A DNA stretch of 64,000 nucleotides from Chloroflexota bacterium (GTDB lineage: Bacteria > Chloroflexota > UBA11872 > VXOZ01), in contig OY760183.1 of the NCBI GenBank assembly GCA_963663275.1, positions 832,001 through 896,000 of the forward strand, given 5' to 3'. The notes beneath the pieces are model-generated. The model saw nothing but the letters and a program-made list of their open reading frames with translations, had not been told where the DNA came from and made no database searches. This document shows positions 1 through 9,301 of the stretch, one piece after another. Numbering within the stretch: the first letter of the stretch is position 1; each line of letters opens with the position of its first letter. A program made the position numbers and the translations under genes.

Positions 1-953
1 TCGACATCAGCGAGATCGTCGAGCCGGTGATCAAGGGCAATACCTGGCAGGGCAAACTGCTCGGCGTGCCCTACGGCCTGAACACGACGAGCATCTTCTA
101 CAACAAAGATCACTTCGCCGCCGCCGGCCTCAATCCCCCGACGGACGAGACCACGTGGGAGCAAGTCCTGAACGATGCCGACGCCTTGACGGCGCACCTG
201 AACCAGGGGCAGGAAAAGAAGACCGCCTGGGGCATCGCCATGAGTTCCTACATTCCGCAGTACCTGCCGTTCGTCTATGGCGGCATGTTGGATGAGGACG
301 GCGAACTGGCCGCCGACCGCGAAATCGTGCTCCACATGGTGCAGATGATCAAGGATGCGTGGACCCGGCGGGAGGCCGCGCCCGGGCCGAACAACGAAGA
401 CATCGATCTGAGCCGCTTTGCCATCGCGGCGTTCGGCCGACAGCAACTCAGCCAGGTCATCTTCGGCACGTGGGGTATCGTGCCGACACGGGATGCGGCG
501 GAATTCGGGTTCGACTCCATCGAGCCGCCCTATCTCCAAATCGGCGGCGGACGCACCCGCGGCGCGTTCATGGGCCAGGAAGAGCACTTCGTGCTGGAAA
601 GCAGCACCAATCCGGATGCGGAGACGCTGGTCGTTTGGTTCGCCAAGTCCACCCATCAAGAGTGGATGGGACAGCGCGGCCACGCCATTCCGGTGCATAT
701 CCCGTCACAGCATTCCTTCGGCCCGCCGGAAGACAATCCGCACCCGGCCAACCAGTTGTCGTTCGCCCGCAGCGCGGGCTACGCCACGCCGTTCTGGCCG
801 CATCCGGCCTACCGGAACTTCACCGGCGCGCTCAATACGCACCTGCGGCCGCACTTCCGGGAAGAGGACAATCTGACGTCGGAAGAGGCGGTGGAGAATG
901 CGTTCGCGGCGCTGGAGCAGGCGATCGCGGACTGGAAGGCGGAGAACGCCTAA
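1..953 (+). CDS. ABC transporter sugar-binding protein (extracellular solute-binding family 1), 5'-truncated by window edge
   Basis: Motif GVPYGLNTTSIFYNKDHFAAAGLNPP..TWEQV is typical of family-1 carbohydrate SBPs; the frame is open to the window start. Confidence 0.8.
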   Translation, partial: DISEIVEPVIKGNTWQGKLLGVPYGLNTTSIFYNKDHFAAAGLNPPTDETTWEQVLNDADALTAHLNQGQEKKTAWGIAMSSYIPQYLPFVYGGMLDEDGELAADREIVLHMVQMIKDAWTRREAAPGPNNEDIDLSRFAIAAFGRQQLSQVIFGTWGIVPTRDAAEFGFDSIEPPYLQIGGGRTRGAFMGQEEHFVLESSTNPDAETLVVWFAKSTHQEWMGQRGHAIPVHIPSQHSFGPPEDNPHPANQLSFARSAGYATPFWPHPAYRNFTGALNTHLRPHFREEDNLTSEEAVENAFAALEQAIADWKAENA

Positions 954-1027
954 GCCCGACACACGAGTTTGCGGGCATTTCACGGCTTGCCGCGCGTAAC
1001 GCCGGGGAGTGTACCACTTGGAACGAC

Positions 1028-1170
1028 GTAGGGGCGGTTCGCGAACCGCCCCTACAAGATTCTGGGGAATCGCCCCTACGCGGTTGTGGCGAACCGCCCC
1101 CGGTGTACGTCGTCCCACGTGGGCGCACGAACCGCCTCTACGCGGTTGTGGCGAACCGCTCCTACGCGGT
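1028..1170. repeat. GTAG-type REP palindrome followed by degenerate tandem half-copies
   Basis: Perfect palindrome GTAGGGGCGGTTCGCGAACCGCCCCTAC at 1028-1055, then repeated (G)CGAACCGC(C/T)CCTACGCGGTTGTGG units, between convergent genes. Confidence 0.85.
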
Positions 1171-1194
1171 CTATCGCCCCCCGCTGAACGGCTG

Positions 1195-1995
1195 TCACTC
1201 TCGGCTGCCCGAAACTCGCGCGGCGGCGTCCGTGAACTCGCTTGCCGTGATCGATCCCGCCAGGCTGCGCGACTCGAACTGATGCAGCATCTCCGCCGTG
1301 CAAAAATCGGGGTCCAGGCCGGGCGCGCCGATGCTGGTGGTGCAGTCCCGCAGCACCATGACGCAGTAGCCGCGCTCGCGCATGGCGTAGACGCCGTAGT
1401 CGCGGTGGGGCACGCAGTAATTGGTCGCAAACCCGGCGTAGAAGAGGTAGCGGATGCGTTTATCCCGGCACAGGCGGTGCAGTTGGTCGCCGGTCGCGAT
1501 GACGTAGTCATCGTCCGCCGGCCACACGGCGCGGTCGATCGAGCGGGCTTCTTCATGTTGCCGGCGCAAGGGCATCCATTCTTCCCCATAGTGCGCTTCC
1601 AGGTTCGCCCACTTGCCTCGGCGCTGCGCAAAGTCCGGCGGCGGCCAATCCGCCATGGGCTTCTGTGGCGGGCAAAGCTCGCTTTCGCCGGCGTAGCGCA
1701 GCCACTGGGGGAATTTTCGCGCCACCGGCGGCGACGGCGCGTGCACAACCGCCACGCCCAGCGCGCGGCACACGTCCAACAGCGGACGGATGAGGTCGCG
1801 GCAAATCTGGGCGGAACGCTCGCCGTGACTCTCGATGGTCGGCTCGTCCCAGCAGTCCACCAGGACGACGGCGGCTTCAGCGGGCGGCACGCTTACCGGC
1901 GCGTACTTGAAGCCGAAGTGTTCTTCCCGGTACGGCAGGTCCGGCGCGCGCGGCTCGTGGATGAGAAAGCGCAGGTTCACGTCCAGGTTTGGCAT
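1195..1995 (-). CDS. Isochorismatase/cysteine hydrolase family protein
   Basis: AVVLVDCWD and LFYAGFATNYCV..RDYG motifs plus LRDCTT; ATG at 1995 with upstream GGGGGA RBS. Confidence 0.8.
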   Translation of the reverse strand: MPNLDVNLRFLIHEPRAPDLPYREEHFGFKYAPVSVPPAEAAVVLVDCWDEPTIESHGERSAQICRDLIRPLLDVCRALGVAVVHAPSPPVARKFPQWLRYAGESELCPPQKPMADWPPPDFAQRRGKWANLEAHYGEEWMPLRRQHEEARSIDRAVWPADDDYVIATGDQLHRLCRDKRIRYLFYAGFATNYCVPHRDYGVYAMRERGYCVMVLRDCTTSIGAPGLDPDFCTAEMLHQFESRSLAGSITASEFTDAAARVSGSRE

Positions 1996-2161
1996 GTCCG
2001 TTTCCCCCTTGAATCGTGGCGGCTTAGCGTCCCTTGGCGGTGCACGCATACAAGCATACCTGTGCGTTCACGCTCAGTGCACATTCCTGTGAACGGGCTG
2101 TGGCAAGTCTCGCTATTCGATGCGCGTGATGCGTGCGACATCGCCTGTGCAGCCCGGAGAA

Positions 2162-2190
2162 TTGATAGCTGGCGGGGACGCCACTATAAT
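2162..2190 (+). promoter_or_regulatory. sigma70-type promoter
   Basis: TTGATA-17 nt-TATAAT upstream of the 2232 CDS. Confidence 0.65.
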
Positions 2191-2231
2191 CACCTCAAGG
2201 TCCGTTGTACGCACGCCAAGGAATAGAGCCT

Positions 2232-3326
2232 GTGTTGCGCGTAGAAACCTGGAAGCACGGCTGGCGCTGGGTGTACTCCGTTACGTATGACGCGGGGGTA
2301 CGCTCACTGCTGGAACATGCCCTGCCGTTGCACCGGCGGCATGAGATGCCCGGCGCGGTCGCGCTGGACGCGGCGCGGCTCGCAAACGGCGACGGGCAGC
2401 GGCAGGATGCCGACGGCGGCCCAGGGGACGATTACCTGACCTTGGACGAGGTGCGCGCGTTGTGTCGCCATGGGTGGAGCGTTGCCGGTATTGGCGCATC
2501 GCGTGACGGCGGTCGGGCGCCCACGAGGGACGCCCCTACACCGGCAGCGCGGAATGGCGGTCGGGCGGCCGCAAGGGACAATCGGGCGACTACGAGGGAC
2601 AGCGACAGCAGGGCGACCACAAGGGTCGCCCCTACGGCGGGGGAGTTGGAGCAACTGGTGGGCGCGCCGGTTACCGCGTTAGCGGTCTCAACCATCGATC
2701 ACTATCACGGGATTTTGCCGGAGGATGCGCGGGCGGCCGGATACCTCGCAATCTTTACCCGGGAAGACCGCCTGAACCACAACCACGTGGACGAAGATCT
2801 GTACGGGCTGGGACGGTCCGCGCTCTACACGGTGGAAGGGCTCCCCCTGCCGATGCGAACCTACGATCCCTACTGGCGGCTGCACCAAGCGCGGGATACG
2901 GCGGGCTGGCTGGTGGATAGCGCCCGGTTCGTTGCCGAGGATCCGGCAGACCCGGAACGCGACGTCACGCCCGCGCTGCTTGCCGAACGCTTCGAAAAAG
3001 TCGCGGAAGTCGGCGGCGTGTGGCGCGCCGCGCCGGACGAGGTCATAGACTACCTGCTCATGCGCCGCGCCGCCCACCCGCGCGCGCTCCGCGCCTCGGC
3101 AGAGGCAATCACGTTCACCATGGAAGCGCCGCGCATACCGGAGCGGGTGCGGAACCGGGAACTCACCTTCACGTTGGATGTACCGCACACGTGGCGGCGC
3201 CCGCTGGTGACCGCCGACGGCGCGCCGGTGGCGGACGCGACCGCGTTGGGTCAAGGCCGGATACGCTTTACGCTGCCCGTGAGCGACGGCCAGCGGCTGC
3301 GGGTCAGCGACGCGGGCGGCGCGTAG
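2232..3326 (+). CDS. Polysaccharide-deacetylase-like (NodB-fold) protein with in-frame REP-derived insertion
   Basis: N-terminal WKHGWRWVYSVTYDAG and LTLDEVRALCRHGWSV resemble deacetylase-family motifs (catalytic residues look degenerate); GTG start after AAGGA. Confidence 0.55.
   Translation: MLRVETWKHGWRWVYSVTYDAGVRSLLEHALPLHRRHEMPGAVALDAARLANGDGQRQDADGGPGDDYLTLDEVRALCRHGWSVAGIGASRDGGRAPTRDAPTPAARNGGRAAARDNRATTRDSDSRATTRVAPTAGELEQLVGAPVTALAVSTIDHYHGILPEDARAAGYLAIFTREDRLNHNHVDEDLYGLGRSALYTVEGLPLPMRTYDPYWRLHQARDTAGWLVDSARFVAEDPADPERDVTPALLAERFEKVAEVGGVWRAAPDEVIDYLLMRRAAHPRALRASAEAITFTMEAPRIPERVRNRELTFTLDVPHTWRRPLVTADGAPVADATALGQGRIRFTLPVSDGQRLRVSDAGGA
2515..2635. repeat. Cluster of GTAG-type REP copies inside the CDS
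   Basis: GGGCGCCCACGAGGGACGCCCCTAC (2515-2539) and GGGCGACCACAAGGGTCGCCCCTAC (2611-2635) with two partial copies between them. Confidence 0.8.
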
Positions 3327-3343
3327 CCGCGCCAAAGCGGCGC

Positions 3344-4186
3344 TTACGGAGACGGCAGCGGCGTCGCGTTGACGGTGACGACCACCTCGCCGTCGCCATG
3401 GTCAACCGCCTCGAAGACCACCGGGGCGCTGCTTTCCGCTAACGGGCCGATGGCGCGCTCGTTCACGGTAATCTCAATACCGCCGGTGCGTCCCAGTCTA
3501 ATGGACACACTCTCCGTGCCGGTCCACGTGCGCGGCTCTGTGCCCTGTGCGGTATCCGGGCCGATGGCGCCGCCAAAGGCGCTGACGCCGTCCACGTCGA
3601 TGCCGACCCAAACCTGTTGCGTTGTCGCGCGCAGCGTGACGTTGACGCCGGTGACTGGAGTAGGCGTCGGCGTCGGCGCTGTCGTGGGCGTGGGAACGGG
3701 GCTGGGCGTGGTGATTGGCGGCAGTTCTACCAGCGGTGTCGGTTCGGCGGTGGGGGTCGCTTCTCTTGGCGGCGGCGCTGGCGCCGGGGCCGGCCCTGCC
3801 GACAAGAACTCCTGATAGAGGAAATTCAAGATCACGCCAATCGCCACCATGAGCAGGAGTGAAACCAGGAGCTTGAGTCCCAACCGTGACGACGACCGCG
3901 GCCGCTCCGCCTCAGGCGCCGGCGCTGGGGAGAGAGAGGCGCGCGCGCGCTGCTGGCGATCGTATTCTTCGACGATTTCGGCCGCGTACAGGCCCAGGTA
4001 GCGCGCGTAGTTGAGCAGGAAGCCGCGCGTGTACACAGGCGCGGGCAGCGCGTCGAAGTCTTCCGCTTCCAATGCCTGTAACGCGGAGCGGCGGATGCGT
4101 GTGGCGGCGGCGGCTTGGTCGAGCGAGACACCTTTGGACAACCGCGCCGCGCGCAGCGTCTCACCTATGTGCAGCGGCTCATCCAC
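3344..4186 (-). CDS. rodZ: RodZ-like protein (HTH, TM helix, Pro/Thr linker, DUF4115-like domain)
   Basis: IGETLRAARLSKGVSLDQAAAATRIR..ALEAEDFDALPAPVYTRGFLLNYARYLGL is the RodZ HTH signature; C-terminal VWVGIDVDG...IRLGRTGGIEITVN. Confidence 0.8.
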   Translation of the reverse strand: MDEPLHIGETLRAARLSKGVSLDQAAAATRIRRSALQALEAEDFDALPAPVYTRGFLLNYARYLGLYAAEIVEEYDRQQRARASLSPAPAPEAERPRSSSRLGLKLLVSLLLMVAIGVILNFLYQEFLSAGPAPAPAPPPREATPTAEPTPLVELPPITTPSPVPTPTTAPTPTPTPVTGVNVTLRATTQQVWVGIDVDGVSAFGGAIGPDTAQGTEPRTWTGTESVSIRLGRTGGIEITVNERAIGPLAESSAPVVFEAVDHGDGEVVVTVNATPLPSP

Positions 4187-4885
4187 GTGTCTACTCCACG
4201 GCGGGCGGCAACCACGGCAAACGGGCACCGCCTACGCCGTCCGGCAGCGCCTGCCTTGCCTACCCGATCGACCGCCAACCGATTGCTGGGAAAGAGAGAA
4301 TAGTCATACATGCGCGAATAGTCGGTTTCCAACGTGATATAGCGTCAGCAATACGTTTCGAATGTTTAGAGCCTATCGTACTAGAGCGCGGCATGGTGTG
4401 CACGCATCGCCGGCCGCGCCCATGGAGCGTGACTGCCCAAAATCACATTTAGCCTGAGAAGAGCCGCGCGGCGCGGGCGCCGCTTGCCAAGCGAGGCGCA
4501 TGGCCGCGCAACGAGAGATGGCGCGCCTGCACGCCAATTGCCCCCCCCAAACACCGCAACCGGCCCTGCCAGGTATACTTGCAAAGAGATAGGGAAAGCG
4601 CGGAAACAGGGCGTTTCCCTGTGTTCGGGCTGCGGCGCGCGTCTCCTCAACGCCGAGACGAGCCTGCGCGAATCGGCTCGCTCCAGCCTGTTCTCAGAAT
4701 AACAGAATCACGAAACGGGTGCGTGCGGAATTGCGCCGCGCCGGTGACGACGCCCAAGCCTCGGCGCGGCGAAAACCGGCCGGAAGCGAGCGGCCGGAAG
4801 AGCGCCGGGCAACCCCGGATAGAGAGCGCGGTTCCGCAACAGAGCGGCGCACAGGCATAAACCGCGATAGGAGCGCGGCCACGCA

Positions 4886-5734
4886 ATGGGATCAAGTATA
4901 GACGCCTGGATGCGGCTACCCACAGAGCAACTGCAACAGGCGGCCAAGACGCCGCTGCGCATTGCGCCGGACCGCGCGGCGCTCCACGCGGCCTTTGCCC
5001 GCGAAATCGCCGGCGAAATCAAGGCACGCAACGCCGCCGGCGAACCGGCGCGGCTCATCCTGCCGGTGGGCCCAGTCGGGCAGTACCCGCTGCTGGCCGA
5101 GATCTGCAACCGCGAGCGCATCTCCTGGCGGAACGTGTGGACGTTCAACATGGACGAATACTGCGATTGGGAAGGACGCTCGATTCCCCTCGACCATCCG
5201 CTGAGTTTCGAGGGCTACATGCGCCGCGATTTCTTTGCGCGGCTGGACGCCGGCCTGCGCATACCGGACGCACAGGTCTTCTTTCCGCGCATCGAGCGCA
5301 TCGACGAGGTGAGCGAGACCATCGCCAAACTCGGCGGCATCGATACCTGCTACGGCGGCGTCGGCGTCCACGGCCACGTGGCCTTCAACGAGCCGCCCAT
5401 CAGCCGCTTCCACCAGGTGACGCTGGAGGCCTTTCGCAACTCGCGCACCCGCGTGCTGCCGCTGGCGCCGGAAACGATAGTGATGAATTCCATCCGCCGC
5501 GTGGGCGGCAACTTCTATACCTTCCCGCCCATGGCAATCACGCTCGGCATGAAAGACATCCTGGAATCCCGCCGCGTCCGCCTCTACTGCGACGGCGGCG
5601 ATTGGCAGCAAGCCATCCTGCGCATCTCCCTGCTCGGCGACGTCTCCACCCACTACCCGGCCACCCTGCTGCAAGACCACCCGGACGCCCTCATCACCGC
5701 CGACGCCGCCACCGCCGCGCCGGTTCACCTCTAG
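4886..5734 (+). CDS. Glucosamine-6-phosphate isomerase/deaminase family protein
   Basis: ILPVGPVGQY, FNMDEY, GGIDTCYGGVGVHGHVAFNEP and AITLGMKDIL motifs of the NagB fold. Confidence 0.85.
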   Translation: MGSSIDAWMRLPTEQLQQAAKTPLRIAPDRAALHAAFAREIAGEIKARNAAGEPARLILPVGPVGQYPLLAEICNRERISWRNVWTFNMDEYCDWEGRSIPLDHPLSFEGYMRRDFFARLDAGLRIPDAQVFFPRIERIDEVSETIAKLGGIDTCYGGVGVHGHVAFNEPPISRFHQVTLEAFRNSRTRVLPLAPETIVMNSIRRVGGNFYTFPPMAITLGMKDILESRRVRLYCDGGDWQQAILRISLLGDVSTHYPATLLQDHPDALITADAATAAPVHL

Positions 5735-5737
5735 TGC

Positions 5738-5795
5738 GGCTGCCCGCGGCCAAAGCCGACCTTTGGTACCTGCGGCAACATCCCGCCGTGCTGGG
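5738..5795 (+). pseudogene. 58-nt fragment homologous to internal purH sequence
   Basis: 53/58 identical to the reverse complement of 16094-16151; translates RLPAAKADLWYLRQHPAVLG versus purH RLAAAKADLWYLRQHPAVLG. Confidence 0.85.
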
Positions 5796-5875
5796 TCGGT
5801 CTATCGTTTCGTGGTGTGTCTGTGCGTGTTAGGACATTAGGTGTTCAGCAGGCGTTCGGCGATTCGCCGACTGGC

Positions 5876-6012
5876 TGTCATTCCGAACGGAGCGCAGCGG
5901 AGTGAGGAATCTAGAGTCCTTACCCGGGAGTATGTGATTCCATCCAAGAGGCGGGGGACAAGCCCCCGCGCTACGTTAATGCGACAGTATAGGGGGCAAG
6001 CCCCCGCGCTAC
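5876..6012. repeat. Mixed palindromic repeat cluster (RPE-like TGTCATTCCGA..GAGGAATCT plus two GCGGGGGACAAGCCCCCGCGCTAC REPs)
   Basis: The same motifs recur at many intergenic sites in the window. Confidence 0.8.
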
Positions 6013-6073
6013 GACCTAGTGGTGAGAAGCGATCGTACACGCGGCAAGAGAACATGCTGCACAATGCGGACGC

Positions 6074-6694
6074 TTAGCCCTGTCGCTCAAGCTCACTGAG
6101 AAAGCGGTCGGCGTAGGGCGACTTCTGCCGAACCTTGGCCGGGTCCAGCTCCGCCAGTATTTCGAAGCTGTGCTTCCCCTTGGCATACGCGCCCTTGCTC
6201 GTGCTGCGCGTAGCCTGCCGCAGTCCGTTCTCGACGTCTTGTTTGGAGACTTCCTCTACCCGTGGATTCTGCGGCAGCGCGGACTCGTGGAACCTCTGGC
6301 CGTAGAAGGACGCGAGTGCGTTCAGATCGGCAAGGAACCAGGATTCCATGACCTGCACCATCAAATGGCATTGCTCGTCAGTCGCTGAATGGGGACGGTC
6401 CCAATTGTCGCGGGCCTTTAGATGTTGCCAAGGCCCACGTGTCGTAACCGGCTGCTCCGCATCCACTAGCAGCAGGGCGGCTTCTCCATTCGCGACCGCT
6501 TTCTTGAAGTCATTGAAAGCCCGCTCCCGACTACCACACGGGAGGATACGAGGCATTCTGCCGGCCAAACCCGTCTTCCTGACGAATTTACTAAAGCCTT
6601 CGCGGAATGCACTGGTCTGTTCTGAGCGTCCGCCTTTTCGCCCCTTTCGATCCGAGCCGCTGCCGCCGCCTTCCACGTAGACTTTGACGCTCAC
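6074..6694 (-). CDS. DUF4276-like (TOPRIM-like) protein
   Basis: VKVYVEGGG, LLVDAE, CHLMVQVMESWFLAD and YAKGKHSFEILA motifs; GTG start overlaps the ATPase stop codon. Confidence 0.7.
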   Translation of the reverse strand: MSVKVYVEGGGSGSDRKGRKGGRSEQTSAFREGFSKFVRKTGLAGRMPRILPCGSRERAFNDFKKAVANGEAALLLVDAEQPVTTRGPWQHLKARDNWDRPHSATDEQCHLMVQVMESWFLADLNALASFYGQRFHESALPQNPRVEEVSKQDVENGLRQATRSTSKGAYAKGKHSFEILAELDPAKVRQKSPYADRFLSELERQG

Positions 6695-7884
6695 CAGACA
6701 TTCCCTCCCAGGTCGCCGCGCGTCCAGAGTTCGCCGAGGCGGTAATCGTCCAGCCAGACTTTGAGTTCGCCGGGATCAAGCCGGCGAAGTTGCGTCGCGC
6801 CATCGACCTTTTCGCAAATGACCACGGCCTCCGGCGTATCCGAGAGCGCGTCCACAAGAATATCGGAGTGCGTCGTGACGATGATTTGGCTGCGTTTAGA
6901 CGCTTCGACCAGGAGTTTTGCCAACTTTGGGATCACATCGGGATGCAGTCCCATCTCGGGTTCCTCGATGCAGATAACCGGCGGCGGCTCGGGACTACCA
7001 AGGGCCACCAGCAGGCAGAGGAAACGCAGGGTTCCATCGGAGAGCCGCGTAGCCGGCACGTTTTGGTCAAGTCCTTCTTCTTGGAAGAATACCTGCACGG
7101 TACCGCCTACCACCACGACGAGGACATCCTCGACCGCCGGGTAGAAGTCTCGCAAGTTGTGAAGCAGCCACTCCTTGAAGCGCGGTTGGTTCAGCAGATG
7201 GCTCAAGACTACGGCAAGGTTTGAACCGTCCTCCAACAAGTAGTCTTGAGGAAGGTCAGCCAGTTGTGGGCGACGTAACGGGGTCTTGTGTCCGAGTTGG
7301 AATTCGCGGTAGAAGAGCATGCGCTCGAAGAGGGACGCCAGATACGTCAACTCCGGATAGGAGAACGGGTCCCGTCGCTGCGAAAGAATCGACTGATCTG
7401 TCCTAACGTCTTTGTCTTGTACAAACCGTCGCTCGGGGGAATCCTTTTCCTTGAGGTTGATTTTCGGCTTGCCTAATTTGTACCGATAGTAGAAGTGTGG
7501 TTCCTCACCGGGCTCACTTGAGTGCCCGTCCTCAATAATTTCATCCAGAAGCGCGAAGCGCGCAAATGGCTCGTGAAACCACAGCAAATAACTCAGCGGC
7601 ATCCCCCTATTTGGGAATCCGACGTTCACCTCAACGGTTGCCGCAGGAGAATCTGTAGGCCCTTTCCAGAGCCACTCATGCACTCCGCCACCTTTACGGA
7701 ACGGCGCCTGAATGTCCCGCGGCGCGGCGGCCAGTATCGACAACGCCTCGATGAGGTTAGACTTGCCCGAAGCGTTCGGGCCGATGAGGACGTTCAGCGG
7801 TTCCAGGTCGAACGGAGGCGTTTCGGGGCCATAGGAGAGGATGTTCTGCAGACGGATCGATTGAATGAACCTCTTGCCGTCCAT
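6691..7884 (-). CDS. ABC-type (AAA_21/SMC-like) ATPase
   Basis: Walker A GPNASGKS, signature LSDGT, Walker B ICIEEPEMGLHP, H-loop TTHS; no TM segments. Confidence 0.9.
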   Translation of the reverse strand: MDGKRFIQSIRLQNILSYGPETPPFDLEPLNVLIGPNASGKSNLIEALSILAAAPRDIQAPFRKGGGVHEWLWKGPTDSPAATVEVNVGFPNRGMPLSYLLWFHEPFARFALLDEIIEDGHSSEPGEEPHFYYRYKLGKPKINLKEKDSPERRFVQDKDVRTDQSILSQRRDPFSYPELTYLASLFERMLFYREFQLGHKTPLRRPQLADLPQDYLLEDGSNLAVVLSHLLNQPRFKEWLLHNLRDFYPAVEDVLVVVVGGTVQVFFQEEGLDQNVPATRLSDGTLRFLCLLVALGSPEPPPVICIEEPEMGLHPDVIPKLAKLLVEASKRSQIIVTTHSDILVDALSDTPEAVVICEKVDGATQLRRLDPGELKVWLDDYRLGELWTRGDLGGNVW

Positions 7885-8277
7885 TGGATCTGTCCTTGCC
7901 TTTGCGCTTTTCACCGTGGGCGGATGCCGCAATAGCCGCCGGAGTCGTGGGTGGGCCTGCGATGCGCCTCGCTATCTTATGGAACAGTGCCCTCGCGTCG
8001 ATGTCAAGCAAGGGCGCTCATTTGTAAGAAGCGGATAGTCTCACGTTCGCGCGGTTGGCTATTCTTCCAAGTCCATCGGAGCGCTTTGCGGCCGCTCTCG
8101 TTCCGTGGCCGTCCTGCAAATGCCGCTGCCGAACCGGATCCATAGACAGCGAGCCCAGCCAACGCCGCTGTGGTGGTATCATCTGTGTGTCACAGTGCGC
8201 AGACTAGGGGTGTCGCTCAATGGTGGGCGTCACAATACGTAGCGTATGGTTTGCATTCCTGAGGAGGGAAGATTCTC

Positions 8278-9285
8278 ATGGCTTCGCAACAGGATCCGGT
8301 TCGGTTTGGGATTATTGGTCTCGGCGTGGGCAAGTCGCGGGTGAAGCAGGCGGCGACGACGGCGGGGGCGGAGTTGGTGGCGGTCTGCGACTTGCAGGAG
8401 GAGTTGGCCGCGGCGCAGGCGGCGGAGTATGGGTGCGACTGGCACACCGACCACCGCTCCTTGCTGGAGCGGCAGGACATCGACGCGGTGGGCATCTTCA
8501 CGCCCAGCGGCACGCATGGCGACCTGGCAATCGAGAGCTTGCAGGCCGGCAAGCACACCTTCACCACCAAGCCGATGGACGTCACCACCGCCAAGATCGA
8601 CCAGGTGCTTGCCGCCGCTGAAGCAAGCGGCCAACTGCTGGCGGTGGACTTCCAGCGGCGCTACGAACTCAGCACGCGCCTCATCAAGCAGGCCATCGAC
8701 GCGGGCCGCATCGGCCGTCCCATCTTTGGCGATTTCCGGCTGAAGTGGTACCGCGCCGATAGCTACTTTGCCGGCGGCAATCCGCCCGGCTGGCGCGGCA
8801 CCTGGCAGTACGACGGCGGCGGCTCGGCGGCCAACCAGGGCATCCACGGCATCGACCAGACCCTGTGGTTCATGGGGCCGGTGCAGAGCGTGCGCGCCCG
8901 CATCAACATCTTCAACCACGACATCGAGACCGAGGACGCGCTGGAGGCGTTGGTGACCTATGCGTCCGGCGCGTGGGGCATCATCCAGACCACCACCACG
9001 GTGTACGGCGGCCTGGGCCACGAGCACGAAATCCACGGCACCGGCGGCACCATCCAGATGCGGCAGGAGGACATCACCATGTGGGCGTTCGTGGACGACC
9101 CCGACGGCGGCCCGCCCGATCCGGCGCAGCTTCCGCCCGGCCCCAGCAACATCATCGAGGATATGATCGGCGCGCTGCGCGACGGCAAGCCGGTGGCGTG
9201 CAGCGGGCCGGAAGGCCGGCGGTCGGTGGAACTGCTGGAAGCCATGTACACGTCGGCGCGGGAAGACCGGGAGGTGACGCTCTAG
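8278..9285 (+). CDS. Gfo/Idh/MocA family oxidoreductase
   Basis: FGIIGLG Rossmann motif, GKH..TTKP, WRGTWQYDGGG..NQGIHGID. Confidence 0.9.
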   Translation: MASQQDPVRFGIIGLGVGKSRVKQAATTAGAELVAVCDLQEELAAAQAAEYGCDWHTDHRSLLERQDIDAVGIFTPSGTHGDLAIESLQAGKHTFTTKPMDVTTAKIDQVLAAAEASGQLLAVDFQRRYELSTRLIKQAIDAGRIGRPIFGDFRLKWYRADSYFAGGNPPGWRGTWQYDGGGSAANQGIHGIDQTLWFMGPVQSVRARINIFNHDIETEDALEALVTYASGAWGIIQTTTTVYGGLGHEHEIHGTGGTIQMRQEDITMWAFVDDPDGGPPDPAQLPPGPSNIIEDMIGALRDGKPVACSGPEGRRSVELLEAMYTSAREDREVTL

Positions 9286-9301
9286 CGCGGCCGGACACCC
9301 C

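Noticed and set aside
4330-4885. glmS ribozyme or small CDS upstream of the NagB-like gene
   Set aside because: No recognisable ribozyme core; the short ORFs lack motifs or RBS support.
5738-5795. DGR template/variable repeat pair with purH
   Set aside because: Mismatches are not adenine-specific but synonymous, and no reverse transcriptase is present.
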